A stretch of 64,000 bases of DNA from Amphiscolops sp. MND2022 (lineage: Eukaryota): positions 76,198,001-76,262,000 of the forward strand of contig OZ076411.1 in NCBI GenBank assembly GCA_964187785.1. Reading direction: 5' to 3'. The number at the start of each line of letters is the position of its first letter. Positions within the stretch are counted from its first letter, which is position 1. Of the stretch, positions 26,001 to 37,817 are shown piece by piece. Position numbers and translations under genes: made by a program. Below the pieces are notes generated by a model that was given only the letters and a program-made list of their open reading frames with translations, ran no database searches and had not been told where the DNA came from.

Positions 26001-29000
26001 AGGATGCACGACCGGATGGTGCGGTAAATACCATTCTCGGGGCTGGTCTACTTTAAAATAATCAGTTTTGTCCACTTGAACAATATAGCCTTTCGAGAAA
26101 TCGTCGCTAATTGTTTTCGTGTAACTGGCTTTCAAATCGGCAACTTTTTGAAGACGGCGCTCTAGCGATTTCAGTTGAATAAGTGCAGAAACATAATTGT
26201 TCGGTAAACAACTTTCGTCGTCGGCCCACATCTTACCCACTTGGTATCGGGACCCATCGTGGTATGTTGTTTCATCAAGTATCTTTGTCGCTCTCGCGTC
26301 GGTTGCAGAACGGGAATCCACTTGTTTGTACGCGCCGTACGACTCAATGTCGTACCAGCTTCGGAGTCGGTCCGAGAAAGTACAATCGTGCTCTTTCTGA
26401 GTAACAGCTTTGAAGCATGTCGAAAATAGACCCGTGGTCGACGGAAGGGGACCACTCAGTACCCAGCCCAACGGTAAACGGACGGCAACTGGGGTATTTC
26501 GGCGGTCGGATTCGAAATACTCCAGTGGGCGGAAAGCGTGGAAAACGTCCTGACCAAGAATCATTTTCACATCTGTGTAGCTGTACTTCCTAAGAGCGAT
26601 TGGTTCTAAGTGTGGATAGCGAGTCTTCAAATCATCTACGTCAATCACATCATTTCCAATAGTCAATTGATCTCGCACATAAGGTTTAACAGTAAAGGAA
26701 GAGCAAGAGCCACCCGAATGAACCGGTGTCAACTTGAACTCGACCATTTGAGTGTCAACAACCTTGTTGGAGTTAATTCCGTGTACAGTCAGTTTAGTCG
26801 GAGTGCCGCGCACGTCAAATTTGTCAGCTAGCTCGGAGGAAATCCAAGAATGGCTACACGCTGGGTCGCACAAAACTAAGACTTTTGCAGATTTCTCAGA
26901 AGTTTGCACTTCTACTTCCGTTATTTGTTATAATCCTTTCACATCAGAGATGGAAGGGAGGCATGAGGTGACTTCGTCTTTCTTTTGGATCGCTGTCGTT
27001 ACGCTACAAGTAGTTGCTTCACTATTGCCCGCTTTCCCAGATTCAGATTTTCTCGGGACAATCTTCTCTGCACCATATAGCAAAGTGTTGTGCGTACTTC
27101 CATCTTTGGTGCATTTGCGTGGCTGGGGGCAATTGCGGAAAGAGTGTTGTCCATTAAAGCATGAGAAACAAAGTTTGTTCTCGGCAACAACTTTCGCTCG
27201 TTCTGTTGGAGTCTTCTTTCTGAACACTTGACATCGCCACAACGGATGCTTATCTTTGCAAACTACACAATTAACCAATTAACTTGGAATTTCTGGGTTG
27301 ACGGCTTGGTTGCGAAGGTATTTTAGTGGAATTTGTTGTTGCAGCGAACACTTTAGAATTGGTCTTGGTTTTCGTTACGTTTCCGGTTGGAGTTTCTTCA
27401 ACTTTTGGTTTTCCTGAGGAAGCTTTCATCCTCTCGTGAGCTTCGGTTTTGTCCTTCAGCCAATCATTGAAGTCAATCAGAGTCGGTCGGCTCAAATCTC
27501 GCTTCACCGTATACATTGACCACCCTTCTTTCAAGTTCGGGGGAAGCTTTTGAACCGCTTGACCGAGCAATGAAGCACTCGAAAGATCTTGAACGTAGTT
27601 CAGAGATCGGAAAACACCAACCAAGGAGCAAATTGTAGCTGCATAACTTATGATGCTTTCGCTGTTATGCATTTTCACTGGAGGAACATTCGCTAATTTG
27701 TCCAAGTAGGCACTGACCACAGTCTGTGGTTGGCCAAATTTTCGTTCAAGAGTCTTCAGTGCGTCCTTGTACATTGTCCCACAGTACGCAAACTCAGCAA
27801 TTGCTGTTTTGGCTTTTCCAGTAACAAGTGTTTTCAAGTAAGTGAGTTTCACGTCGTCTGTAAGTGAAGAAGAATCAATGGCACTCTTGAACTGGCCGAA
27901 CCATTCATGCCATTGAAGAGGGTCGCCATTAAACTGTGCCAGTTTCCACTCAGGAAGATGGTCTTTCTTCGTCGAACTCAAAAGCTGTGCAAGGTCTTGC
28001 AATGTGAAGCTATTTACAGACGGTTGTGGCAAAGTAAACGAACTAGCAGGTACAAAAGGAGGGGCAGTAACACTGGGAAACGTTTTTACAGTTTGAGGTA
28101 CACCACAGTTTGTTGTCGATGTTACCACAGCAGTCGGCTGCACGTAGTAAACAGTTCCTCCATTCGTTATTGGGAAAACTTGTGCTGTAGATAAGACACT
28201 ATTGTTGGATGGATTGACTGTGGGTAAGCTGGTAGCGGGGGGTGGTACTACAGAGGTGGTGACTGCTGATTGTTGCAAGGATTTGGAATCCGGAAAACTC
28301 CAGGCAGACAAGTTAGGTAAAATGTGATTTACTGGAAGTGTGACTATCGGATTAGGTCGAGGCTGAGCTATTGTTGGTGCTGAAGTGATACTTACTGAAG
28401 GACAAGGATGTTGCAAAGTGCTAGCATTGTTCAAAAATAAACCAGTAGCAGCGAAGTTAGTAGCAGTTAAGTTAGTTTGACCGGGGAAACGCGGAAGCTG
28501 GCCAGGTAAACTAGCAAACGTGTTGTTAGGGTGGTTCAAAGACTCAGTTGTTGTAAGCGACAGTGGAGTCGTACCTGTGGTGTTTTCCGTTTGGGGCGGA
28601 ACATTATTTTGCACCGTAACAAATGTAGGCGCTGATACACTAGTGTTTTCAATTGATGGAGATGCAGCTAAGGCCAATGGTTGCGTACCAACGATCTGTT
28701 CCTGATTCGATTCAACAATGGGTGCTTCAGGGGCACGTTCATTGGTAGCAGATATCAAAGTGGGAGAATTATTAACCCAATTGTTAACTCGGGTTGACTG
28801 ATGTTCGTGGCTCTCCTCACTCAAAAGTGATAGCGTCTCCTGGAATTCTTCATTTGTCGCCGACAGATCATCTTGAAGTTCTAATTGAATCAGTGTCGCC
28901 TCAGCCAGTTTTTTGCGGTTCTCTTCCTGCAAGGCGACTCTAAGTGCAAGTTCTTCCTTGAGACGCTCTTGTTCTTGCTGCATTCGTTTGATTTCAAGAT

Positions 29001-29507
29001 CTTGCTTTTGCTGAGTCAGTCGGAGTGTAGCTTCATTTTGCTTCTCAATTTCTTCACGCCTTTGTTTTGCAAGGAGTAGCTCTTTCTGCCGTTGACTTGA
29101 CGTCTTTGATCGAAGAGAGCTTGAAACTTTACTAGACTTTGTCTTGTTCGTCGATAGAACTATTGAAGTTTGCGAAGCGTTGTCAGTTTGCAGACATTTC
29201 TCCAGATAATTGCGAGCTTTCGTCAGTATTTCATCATTTCTGACAATAACGTCGTTTAACCACTTTTCCAAGTCTGGCTTCACTGACTCTGGGTTGGTTG
29301 ATTTGTTGGCTAAGTCTAGGAGTTGTTCGTTTTTTGCAAAGGTTTTAGTCATAGCTTCCTCACACGAGGTGATTAATCGATCAACGCGAACACGTCGTTC
29401 GGCATTTCCAACGGCGTCATTGAGTTTTTTTGACGTTGTTGAGCTCCGCTTTGGCTTTAGCGCGGCTATCATGCAACTTGGCGACTTTCTCTTGCATCCT
29501 ATCAGCC
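23023..29507 (-). pseudogene. BEL/Pao gag-pol polyprotein with about four lesions
   Basis: Likely start MADRMQEKV at 29507; LPEWKLAQFNGDPLQWHEW, knuckle CVVCKDKHPLWRC/CFSCFNGQHSFRNC, VLCDPACSHSW, YLPHHPV, VSADIEGMF, NFYMDDNL, LHVFGDSSQDA, VPKLELQAA, TGIDYFGP, WSDNGTNF, APHHGGVWER. Lesions: extra A ~29430, insertion ~27275, TAA at ~26928, 1-nt deletion ~23845. Confidence 0.95.
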
Positions 29508-29949
29508 ATTGAATGTTTTCCTAACTTTTTGGATCAATGTAGTGTGTTATTAGGACACGAATTGTAGTGTTTCCAGCACTAAATTATGTTCAAAACAGCA
29601 GAATCACTTACAGAACATCAACCAGACAACTAAATCCGGACACAATACTGAAAGTTAACTATGCGGTTGTCTATTAATGAAAATTCCACAGTGACAGATC
29701 AAAAGAAGATACTACAAAATTTACAAGTACAAAATCTACGAGTTTAAAATGTTGCGGAGTATGTTGCGTTGGAAAGACGGTTAATTTATTTGTTTTGGTT
29801 CAAAAATAGGCACTAAGGAACTACGAGGACGGTATAAGACAAGAGTAATGAAGAACACGCAGTTATGGTATTGAAACGGTCGTTTTGAACGTCAACCGGA
29901 CAGTCAAGTCCGGACACAGTCCAAAACTTGGAGGAAAGTTGTTGCGACT

Positions 29950-30591
29950 TCAACCTGACAATGAAGTCTGGACACTGTCACAACAACAGTCCTTTGGGGA
30001 GGAAGAAACTTCACTTTGATTTGAAGCCTTACGGGCACGTTTACTTGGTCGCTCAGGGCGAGTTTTGGCTGTAATCTGCGCTAGATCGGTTTCTTTTCGG
30101 AGAATGATGTCCAAATACTTGAGTTCAAACTCAGGTCTTTGGTGTATTGCCTTCAATTCGTTCAAAATTTTTGGATCATTTTGTTTTCTTGTCGAAAAGA
30201 AATCGGTTTCAATTCGGAAAACAGGAATGCTTTGCGTTTTTAGAATATCAGAAATGTCGGGCGTTCTAATTCGGTGGCAATACACAAGAGCCCGGAGTTT
30301 GTTTTCTAGAGATCGTAAAATATCTAGTAATTGAGAAACAGATAACGCTCGAAAATTGTTGCTTTTATGTTTTGACAAGCTATTGTTCAGCACATCGTGC
30401 CAAATCACGATCTCATTTTTTTGCAAAATCTTTTAGCAACAAATATTGGACAATTTTTTGCGGGTTTTTGCTTGATTATTCAAACTAAGGCCCGGAATGG
30501 TGTAAATTTTTTCTTTTAGGAAAGAATTTTCTTCAGTTGGTAAAGTCTCCAAAGCATGATGCAATGAGCTCGCACCCAAAATAAACACCAT
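29950..30591 (-). pseudogene. SGNH/GDSL-hydrolase-like ORF (two frameshifts) between PBS and gag
   Basis: Joined frames: MVFILGASSLHHAL (block I-like Ser), IYTIPGLSLN (block II Gly), IVIWHDVLNNS (block III Asn), ELKAIHQ (late His), basic tail RPSKRARK. Fold call is by motif order only. Confidence 0.5.
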
Positions 30592-31350
30592 TACATTTTA
30601 CAATACAATACCTTTTTTTGGAAGATTTTCTTTTTTGACTACTCACAAAGTTAGTAGTTCTTTTTTCAATGCAAAAATTTGTTGCATTATTCAAGCGTTT
30701 TTTTTCAAAGAATTGTTCGGACACTTCACGAAAGATGTTTTTTTTCGAATTGAAACATTGTTGTGTTTAGTCAAAGGTTCCTATCAAAGGCCCTGCTATT
30801 GAAGGAGCAACGGTTTCACAAATGACATCACAAAAAAAGGTAGTTTAAGTTTTTTTTTGTTGCTAACGACCTAGGGGCTCCAGGATTTCTGGGCTATCAC
30901 TGGGTATCTTGGCTGGGGGGTTACATTCGTCTGTATAGGCGAGGGGGCGTTCCCTAGTCAGTTTTCAGTTCAGCTGGTAGTGAAGTAAAACCTCTCGATT
31001 CCTGCTGTCGGTTAGTTAGCTGCGAATTGTAATTGAAATTGAAGTGGTACCGACTTGGCTGATATTTTTATTCACATTGCCGGATAGTAATTGCACGTGA
31101 GAGGATAAATTGCTGTTATTGAAAGAGCAAATCACAATGTTCAATCGAAATAGGAAAAGTAAAAAGGAAAATGAGGGGGCTGTGAGCTGTAAATCAAGCT
31201 GAAATATACTGTGACAAATATAATCAACCGATTTGCTTTTGTAGAGGTGCAAGCGTCAAACTTTGGCAGTCTGAAGAGAATTTCTTGAACTAATCAACAG
31301 CCAATTCAAGATTCATGAATAATAGGCACTTAGTTTTTGACAATTTCGTG

Positions 31351-31367
31351 CCTCTCAATGTCCACCA
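31351..31367 (-). promoter_or_regulatory. Probable primer-binding site of the 22552-31690 element
   Basis: TGGTGGACATTGAGAGG begins 2 nt after the 5' LTR end; cognate tRNA not identified. Confidence 0.55.
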
Positions 31368-31369
31368 TA

Positions 31370-31690
31370 TAATACTTTAGGCATACTAAAGCATGTATTA
31401 TCAATCAAAATTAAAACAACAATGAAAGTTGAGTTAAAATTATTGTTATTAACCGCCAAGTCAAAACTTGATCACACAAACTTTAAAAATGACTCATTTT
31501 ATGATATGAATAGCAAGGCCTTTTCGAGAGTATTTTTACCGAAATCGGAGAAATATTTCCAAAATATAAAATATTTGGCATGTCCGGGAATCGAACCCAC
31601 GCCGGTCAAGTACCGGCTTTGTATTCTACCGCTAGGCCAAGCTGCCTTAATATTTGTTTGCTTTAAATTAACGATATTGCTACCGCAACA
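31370..31690 (-). repeat. 5' LTR of BEL/Pao element
   Basis: Same length and about 97% identity to 22552-22872; flanked by the TSD. Confidence 0.92.
31576..31646 (-). ncRNA. tRNA-like Pol III cassette inside the 5' LTR
   Basis: As 22758-22828 but with consensus A box TGGCCTAGCGG at +8; B box GGTTCGATTCC; TTTT 4 nt downstream. Confidence 0.7.
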
Positions 31691-31695
31691 ATCAC

Positions 31696-33073
31696 AAAAG
31701 GTAAATACAAATATTTGAGAAGCGCATAATCGAGGCATATTTTATACTCTGAATCACTCTATAGTACAAAGATTGAGACAATGTACGGTCGTATTGCGCA
31801 GGCAGATTGTCAAAACGAATTCTGCGAAGTGATGAGAACGGCCAACCGACATTCGGCAATATGACTCAGCAAAAAATTTTTTCACCACTCGAAAACATCA
31901 TCCTCAGTTCAGGAGTTCTTCTAAGAATTGATTGGAGATTTGTTGCTGAGAACCGGAGATTGCTATTAAAAGTGCAATTATTTCATGCAATTACGATTTT
32001 TTGTGATTCAATAAAAATTTCGGTAATCATTCTAACAATTTCTCACGATCAGTGCTAGGATAGCGATTATTACGATTGTGTCAGAAATAATGTCAGATTC
32101 TTGTGATGAAACACAGGGAGAAATCGAGCAGGAAATTCATGTCATTCATCAGCCAAAGATTGAAATGAAATAAATGGATAGTTGTAAGAACCAAGAAGTA
32201 GGGAGGAATTTTTTGGCAGAATATAGAAATGGCCAACGTACGTTTGGACGAAAACATATCAAATGTTCAACTTTTATACAACTTCTAAAAACGTAACAAC
32301 AAATCTTGTAACCTGAAAACCTCAAAACTGAGTGGGCGGTTGTCAGTGAAAGCAATGTTTCCTTCAACAAATGCTCCGTGAAAGCAGGGTTTGGGAGAAG
32401 TTGCAAAGCTGGTATACGTGGACAATATTCCCATTCCTGAAGTTGTAAAGTTCGACACTCTGCAAAATTTATTTCATTGTCGCGGATATCATGTTATTAA
32501 CTACGGCGGTTTGAAAAATGAACTCGACGGTGAATACAACATGGTTGTGAAAAATTGCTTCCCGGGTGAAAGATCATAAACCGATTTTCCCGTGTTGGCA
32601 TTTGACAATGGCGCTGGACTTCATTTAATAACACAAAATACATTGAGTATCACCTCTATACAATGAAGTCAAGCTCTCTTGAACTTGTGCCTTCTACCGG
32701 TTTCAGACTTTTTACTTGACTTTTGGAATGACCCAGGACAACATATGTCTATTTATTACAGATAGTGGATCAGATATTTAAAAGATGGTTGAGAATGTTG
32801 GCGCTTTTCATATAAGCAAGCTTCTGGAATAAGCAAGACCCATCTCCAAGGCCGACTGTCACCACAGCACCATAACAGAAACGTTTTCCTTTAAAAAACT
32901 TGAAACTTATTTAAAAGTTCGATTTATCATTTTATTGTAAATAATTTCGTTTATATTTGTTGATTCAATTATGATTTCAAATTTTTGGGAACTAATTGAA
33001 CCAATTAGCAAATACGATTAAATCACGAAAATTCAATTACAATGATTTGTAAAGCGAATAATTGCTAACCCTG
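31696..33073 (+). mobile_element. hAT transposase remnant, copy B
   Basis: Colinear with copy A from ATAATCGAGGCA, about 80% identical; extends to ...TTGCTAACCCTG, a possible TIR end. Confidence 0.7.
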
Positions 33074-33689
33074 CTGTGAAATTTTGATTTTGAAATTTTT
33101 AGACGTTTCTTTTGTTTCAGCAGTTTTTTAAGGCAGTTTGGGTAAGAATGTTAGGGAAATTCTGTTCTGGTTCACTGACCATCAGCTTCTCTTCTCGAGT
33201 GAGCCGCGGTGCCGTCATTGTGAACTGCGCCGGTGAGCCTGGGATGAAACACGTGGATGCCAGGACCCATGACCATTTGAGATAGGCTGGGTTGAAACGA
33301 AGAACTGAATTGAAAAAATAGTTGTAATCAGAAATCGCGGAAGCGTTTATAATAGCAAATGACGAGCATATCAAATGACGAGAATTATATCAGCATCGAG
33401 TACAAATAGCAACGGTACAGGTACTTGTCTGTCAACGAAAATGTGCATTATCAAACAATAAAGGCATCGCACTGTGGAGAACCTGAGTGCGCGTCATCAA
33501 AAGTTCAGAGTGCGCCACCATCTGCTAGCGTCTCTGATACCCCCCTCGCTGCTTCATGTAGACGTCTTCTTGGATTGGTAGTTTCAGTTATCCCGTCTTT
33601 AAGTCCATCTGATTGAACTGTACACTCAGGTACACCTCGCACACGAGTCAACACAACTTTATATAGTAGGTGTCAAGAAAAACAATGCC

Positions 33690-34200
33690 TGGCATCTGCG
33701 TGAAACCCAGTGCCTTGTTGATACCACTTTTCGCCCGTCGTCTAGTTTGTGTACCTTTTTCGCTGATGACGCCCTGTCGTAATGTTCCAACTCTTGGTCC
33801 ATGGCTGCTCTACTATTGGGTTCCTCAAGTAGACTCTTGCACGGCTTGAAAGGCCACTCGAAACTAAAGCATCACAGTGAAGTGCCAGGTTCTCCAACTC
33901 TTTACCTGTAACATAGTCATCGAAACGTTGAGGCGTCCTTCGAGTCCTTCCAGATATTCAGGTTGTCGTCTGTGGGTCCATATTACCATGGGAACTCTGA
34001 GCGAGAGAGAAGTGTCCGAAGAAATTGATTCATCTAATACTGTTTGTTGGGATTGACTTTCTCTGGAACTTGACGATCACCCTGGTTTGTGTTGTTTTTG
34101 TTGTTTTGTTTGTCAGTCGCCTGTAATAGTGACTGATATGAGTAGGTTGCTGTTCGTTTTTCTTGTTGCTACCTGTCTACTAAGAGAATGAATGGTATGA
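33690..34200 (-). mobile_element. Ty1/copia fragment (integrase-RT junction)
   Basis: Minus strand GRTRRTPQRFDDYVTG, RAAMDQEL, LDDGRKVVSTRHWV. Confidence 0.65.
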
Positions 34201-34718
34201 ATCGCGCATGAATCAGTTTCCAATTTATCCAAAAATGAAGCCAGTATCCACATTTCCTCTTTTTATGGAATGAAGTCTTTTACTATACTATGGAGTTACC
34301 TCCATTCGCCGCAGACCACGGCGTGTGCCTTCTCCCCCCAACATGATGACACACATGGCACTTGATAGATGACAAAGAACCAAGATATCTGATAGTGAAA
34401 AAAAGTACAAGTAGGCCTCAAACAGCAGAGTTCAAACTACCAGCTTTCAGAGCTGTTGCAGTCAATTGTTTTGGAACTTGATTCATCTGAAAAGCTGAGC
34501 AAGTTTGTTGCATGCTTCGGTCGCTTCGCTTCGCAATTGGTCACTTGACTTAAAGTCTTTTGGTTTAATTATTTTGGTCGCTGGGCCTAATTTTAAGCCA
34601 AATATTTCGGGTAATGGTCACTCTGCTCAAATTCAATTGGCTCAAACTCACTAAGTTGAGAACGCGTGGGAAATTTCGTCGAAACTATTAAAAAATTGTA
34701 GTCAGCTATTTTCCCATA

Positions 34719-35113
34719 CCCCTAGTGAACTAAATAAAGAAGCGAAGCGGAACGACGTGCCATTCGGCCATGCTTCAATGTTGGTACTTGGCATAAGAGC
34801 GGAGCGATCGAACCACACAACAAATATGCCAAAAAGTTTTCGTTTGTTGTTGTTTCCTAAAGATTTTGGTAAAAATTCAATTCAGTTTTGTTCTGAATAG
34901 GTTGTTTTTAGCCATTGTTGCTTGAGTTAGAATGGACTTGGTTTAATTTTGTGGTCAATTGGCCTAAAATTTGGTGGCCAAATGACCCGACGAATAATTT
35001 AGGTCAAATGTCTTAAAGCCAAGTGACTTGTGAACGCTCCCTCCGCCAAGTAGCAACATTGAGGTTTGGCTATAAGGATTGTCGCTTCGCTCCTGCATTT
35101 AGGGCACTAGGGG
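34719..35113. mobile_element. MITE with ~85-bp imperfect TIRs (CCCCTAGTG...) and TA flanks
   Basis: 34717-34805 is the inverted counterpart of 35036-35115; interior has AAGCCAA(A/G)TGAC-type repeats; lies among further such repeats from ~34540. Confidence 0.6.
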
Positions 35114-35645
35114 TATAGGAGCATAGCTGATAACGTTAAACAATAATTCCGACACGCGTTTTCATGTTGGTGAATTCAATTGGATTTCAATTTTCAGCTA
35201 TTCAGATTGCAGTATAAACAAATATTCTGCTCGCTCCCATGTTTCCTATGTTGGTTGGATTTTTTGTCTGCCGCCCGGTCAGGGGGCAACTTATGAAAAA
35301 AGAAGCGTTTTTAAAAAAAAACCCTGATTGATGACGACTGTTGTTCCATGAGTTGTAAATTAGAGTCAATCTAATTTGTTGCGATTTGCAACTTAGAATC
35401 ATTCTAATTAGTTGAATGTTTGAAATAAAATCAATCTAATTTGCTGAAAAGTGGGAGAGCAAGTTAAAGTTTTAACTCGACTGAATTTTACTAAAGTGAC
35501 AGAAACTGTGGGAAATGAGAACAAAGTATGAACAAATTACGAATTCAATGACGTACACATTTTTGCATGTGAGTGTTAGTCAGCATGAATAGTTTGAGAT
35601 TCGAATGTTTAGCTTTCATCTGCTTGCCTCAGTTGTGCTTCAACA
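34766..35645. repeat. ~880-bp composite repeat; second copy is 43250-43604 + 44167-44410 + 50711-50995
   Basis: About 90-95% identical once the insertions in copy 2 are removed; both copies end GTGCTTCAACA. Confidence 0.9.
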
Positions 35646-35697
35646 TACCGCCCGCCTTGAAGGATCGGTAGATTCTTTAATGATTTCAGATTTTGCA

Positions 35698-36906
35698 ATG
35701 AACCCAAAAGAAACGGTGGACGCGGGTGCGGATGTTAGTGACAGCGAGGAGGGGCCTTAAACAGTCCCAGAATAGAGTCGTGTTGAGGAGGTGTTCGCTG
35801 AAGTGGAGCAGCGTGGAGGACTGGCGTGGCGACAGACGGGAATTCTTCCACTGTTGGTGGTCTCCATCTTCAGCTGGGGGAACAAATTTCCAACTGTCCC
35901 AACGGTGGTTCGAGGCGCTGCAGCAGACAGTCTCTGTGATTTGGCTGCCAGAGTCAAGTCACTTTGGAATAAGGGTGCTTGTGCGTACTCGGACTTTTTG
36001 CAGTCAGCAGGAGCCACTGTTACAAGTCGCAGCAAGGGGAGGGACAACCGGGGTTTTGAGGGCAGCAGAACGTGCTCGTTTGTGTTGCCTGACTCGGCTG
36101 TCAATTGTCTTGCTCCGGACTACATCAAAGTTGGATCCAAGGCACTTTTAGCAGCGAAGGGGCCTTGGATATTATGTGGACATATTGAACCAGGTGGGGG
36201 AGAGAGTATTGCCAAGCTATCGTCCGGCCGCAAGCTGTGGATCATAGCTACCAATATTGGCTCTTCCAGATTCCTTATGTCCATTCAAAGCTTTGATCAT
36301 TTTTATCAGCTCTTGATGGGTGCAAAGTCAGAACGTTCGAAAACGCATAAGCATAACAAAAGAAACATTCGTGGTTTGCGGTTTCACTTAGCTGAAGAAG
36401 GTGACGTGTTAATTCAGCCTGCTTTTTATGCGCATTGTGTTCTAACGGGTCGAGCTTATGCTGCTGATGGTTCTACTCGATTGGCACTTGTGCATGGTTG
36501 GGAGGGACTGGATTTGCGCCACACTAGGCGAGCTAGCAGTGTTTTTAACAGTGTCAGTACGGGTTGCGGAAGAGGCTATATCTCACAGTGGTTGAAGAGG
36601 TACGGAAAGGATAAGTTGTTGTCACTTCTGACTGTCAGAGACTGGAAGCTTGCCCTGGCAGCCTGGCGTAAGTTTCAAGTTCAAGTCAGTCTGAACCCAT
36701 CAATTTCTCTTTCCCGTACTGAGACGTCTGTTAGATCTTTCCTCTCTCGGAGTGATGTACTGGAACACTTTGAGGCCTTCGTTAACTATGGTTTCAATTT
36801 GGAAGCTCACCTTCCAGTTCCCAAATTGGAGCTGTCAGCGAAGTCCCGAAGAAAGGAAAATCGCTTGCTGGCTAACTTGAAAAAGGGGATCAGAGTTTAC
36901 GTCTGA
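35698..36906 (+). pseudogene. JmjC-like dioxygenase, copy 2 (371-codon open frame; two stops near the upstream ATG)
   Basis: KALLAAKGPWILCG-HIE-PGGGESIAKLSSGRKLWII ... LAEEGDVLIQPAFYA-H-CVLTG; ATG at 35698 is in frame but followed by TAA (~35758) and TAG (~35773); no introns evident. Confidence 0.7.
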
Positions 36907-37817
36907 TGAAGAATTGGATCTTCCTCTTGCTGCAGTTGTAGAGTACATGCCTCGTGACGAACTTTGAAATTTTGTTACTTCCATATGAACAGAATAATTG
37001 AATGAATTAGTCAGTTTATTTTTCAACCATTTGAATGAGTCACGAGTGCATGTATGAATTTCCATAAGAAGTGAGTTGAACTGAAATTCCATACTGATGA
37101 ATTGATAATGAACCAGTTGGACCGCAAGCCACGTCTGCTAGATTATGGGGATTGAGAGGTTTGAAATAACTATAATTTCGAGAATGATAATGAAACCAAA
37201 AGAGATCGTCTGCTACTGATAAATATAAATGCGAACATCCACATTTCGGTAGGTTGTATAAGTAAAATATCCAATATTCCATTTGATGATAAATAAATTT
37301 CATTGGTCGGTGCCTCTGAGCTTGATCTGCCGAAGCCCCGCCAAAGCCTGCATAGCAGCAACAAACCATGAAACAGCTGGTGATTGTAGGAAATCAGAAA
37401 GTACCAGAAAAGACCAAATGTAAACAGGTGAAACGAAATAAAGTGAATAATTGTCAATTCTTATGTAAATTATTGGGGTGAACGTGAAGTCAAACGGCCA
37501 TAACTTTAGATATAAGTCGAAATCGAAAATTCGGCATCCTAGAGCTTTTCACAGAGATGCCAGGGCGCCATTTAGAGGGGTTCATATATCCGTAAATTGT
37601 ACCAACAAAAGTCGGGACCGAGAAAACATCAAGTATTTCGGTATTCCGAAATAGATGTAAGACACATCAAATTGCTATAACTTCAAATAGAGACCAAAAT
37701 CAAAAATTCAGCTCCCAAGACATTTCCACAGAGATACTAGAGCGTCATTTAAGGTGGTCCATGCGTCTGTATAATGTAGCAACAAAATTCGGGACCGAAA
37801 AAGTTGTCTGAGTAACA

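Larger units (their letters stand above)
22552..31690 (-). mobile_element. Near full-length BEL/Pao LTR retrotransposon, 9.1 kb, 5-bp TSD
   Basis: Two 321-bp LTRs (22552-22872, 31370-31690) with about 9 differences; TSD ATCAC at 22547-22551 and 31691-31695; PPT GGGCCCGGAGGA abuts the 3' LTR; PBS-like TGGTGGAC 2 nt after the 5' LTR; complete gag-PR-RT-RH-IN. Confidence 0.93.

Noticed and set aside
26910-26930. Programmed stop readthrough between gag and protease
   Set aside because: BEL/Pao normally use one ORF and this copy has other clear lesions; a point mutation (Leu to TAA) is simpler.
33117-33616. Possible Gypsy RNase H fragment (FTDHQLL)
   Set aside because: A single weak motif with no supporting neighbours.
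37040-37457. Hydrophobic minus-strand ORFs suggesting a membrane protein
   Set aside because: No recognisable motif; AT-rich sequence readily gives F/I/L-rich frames.
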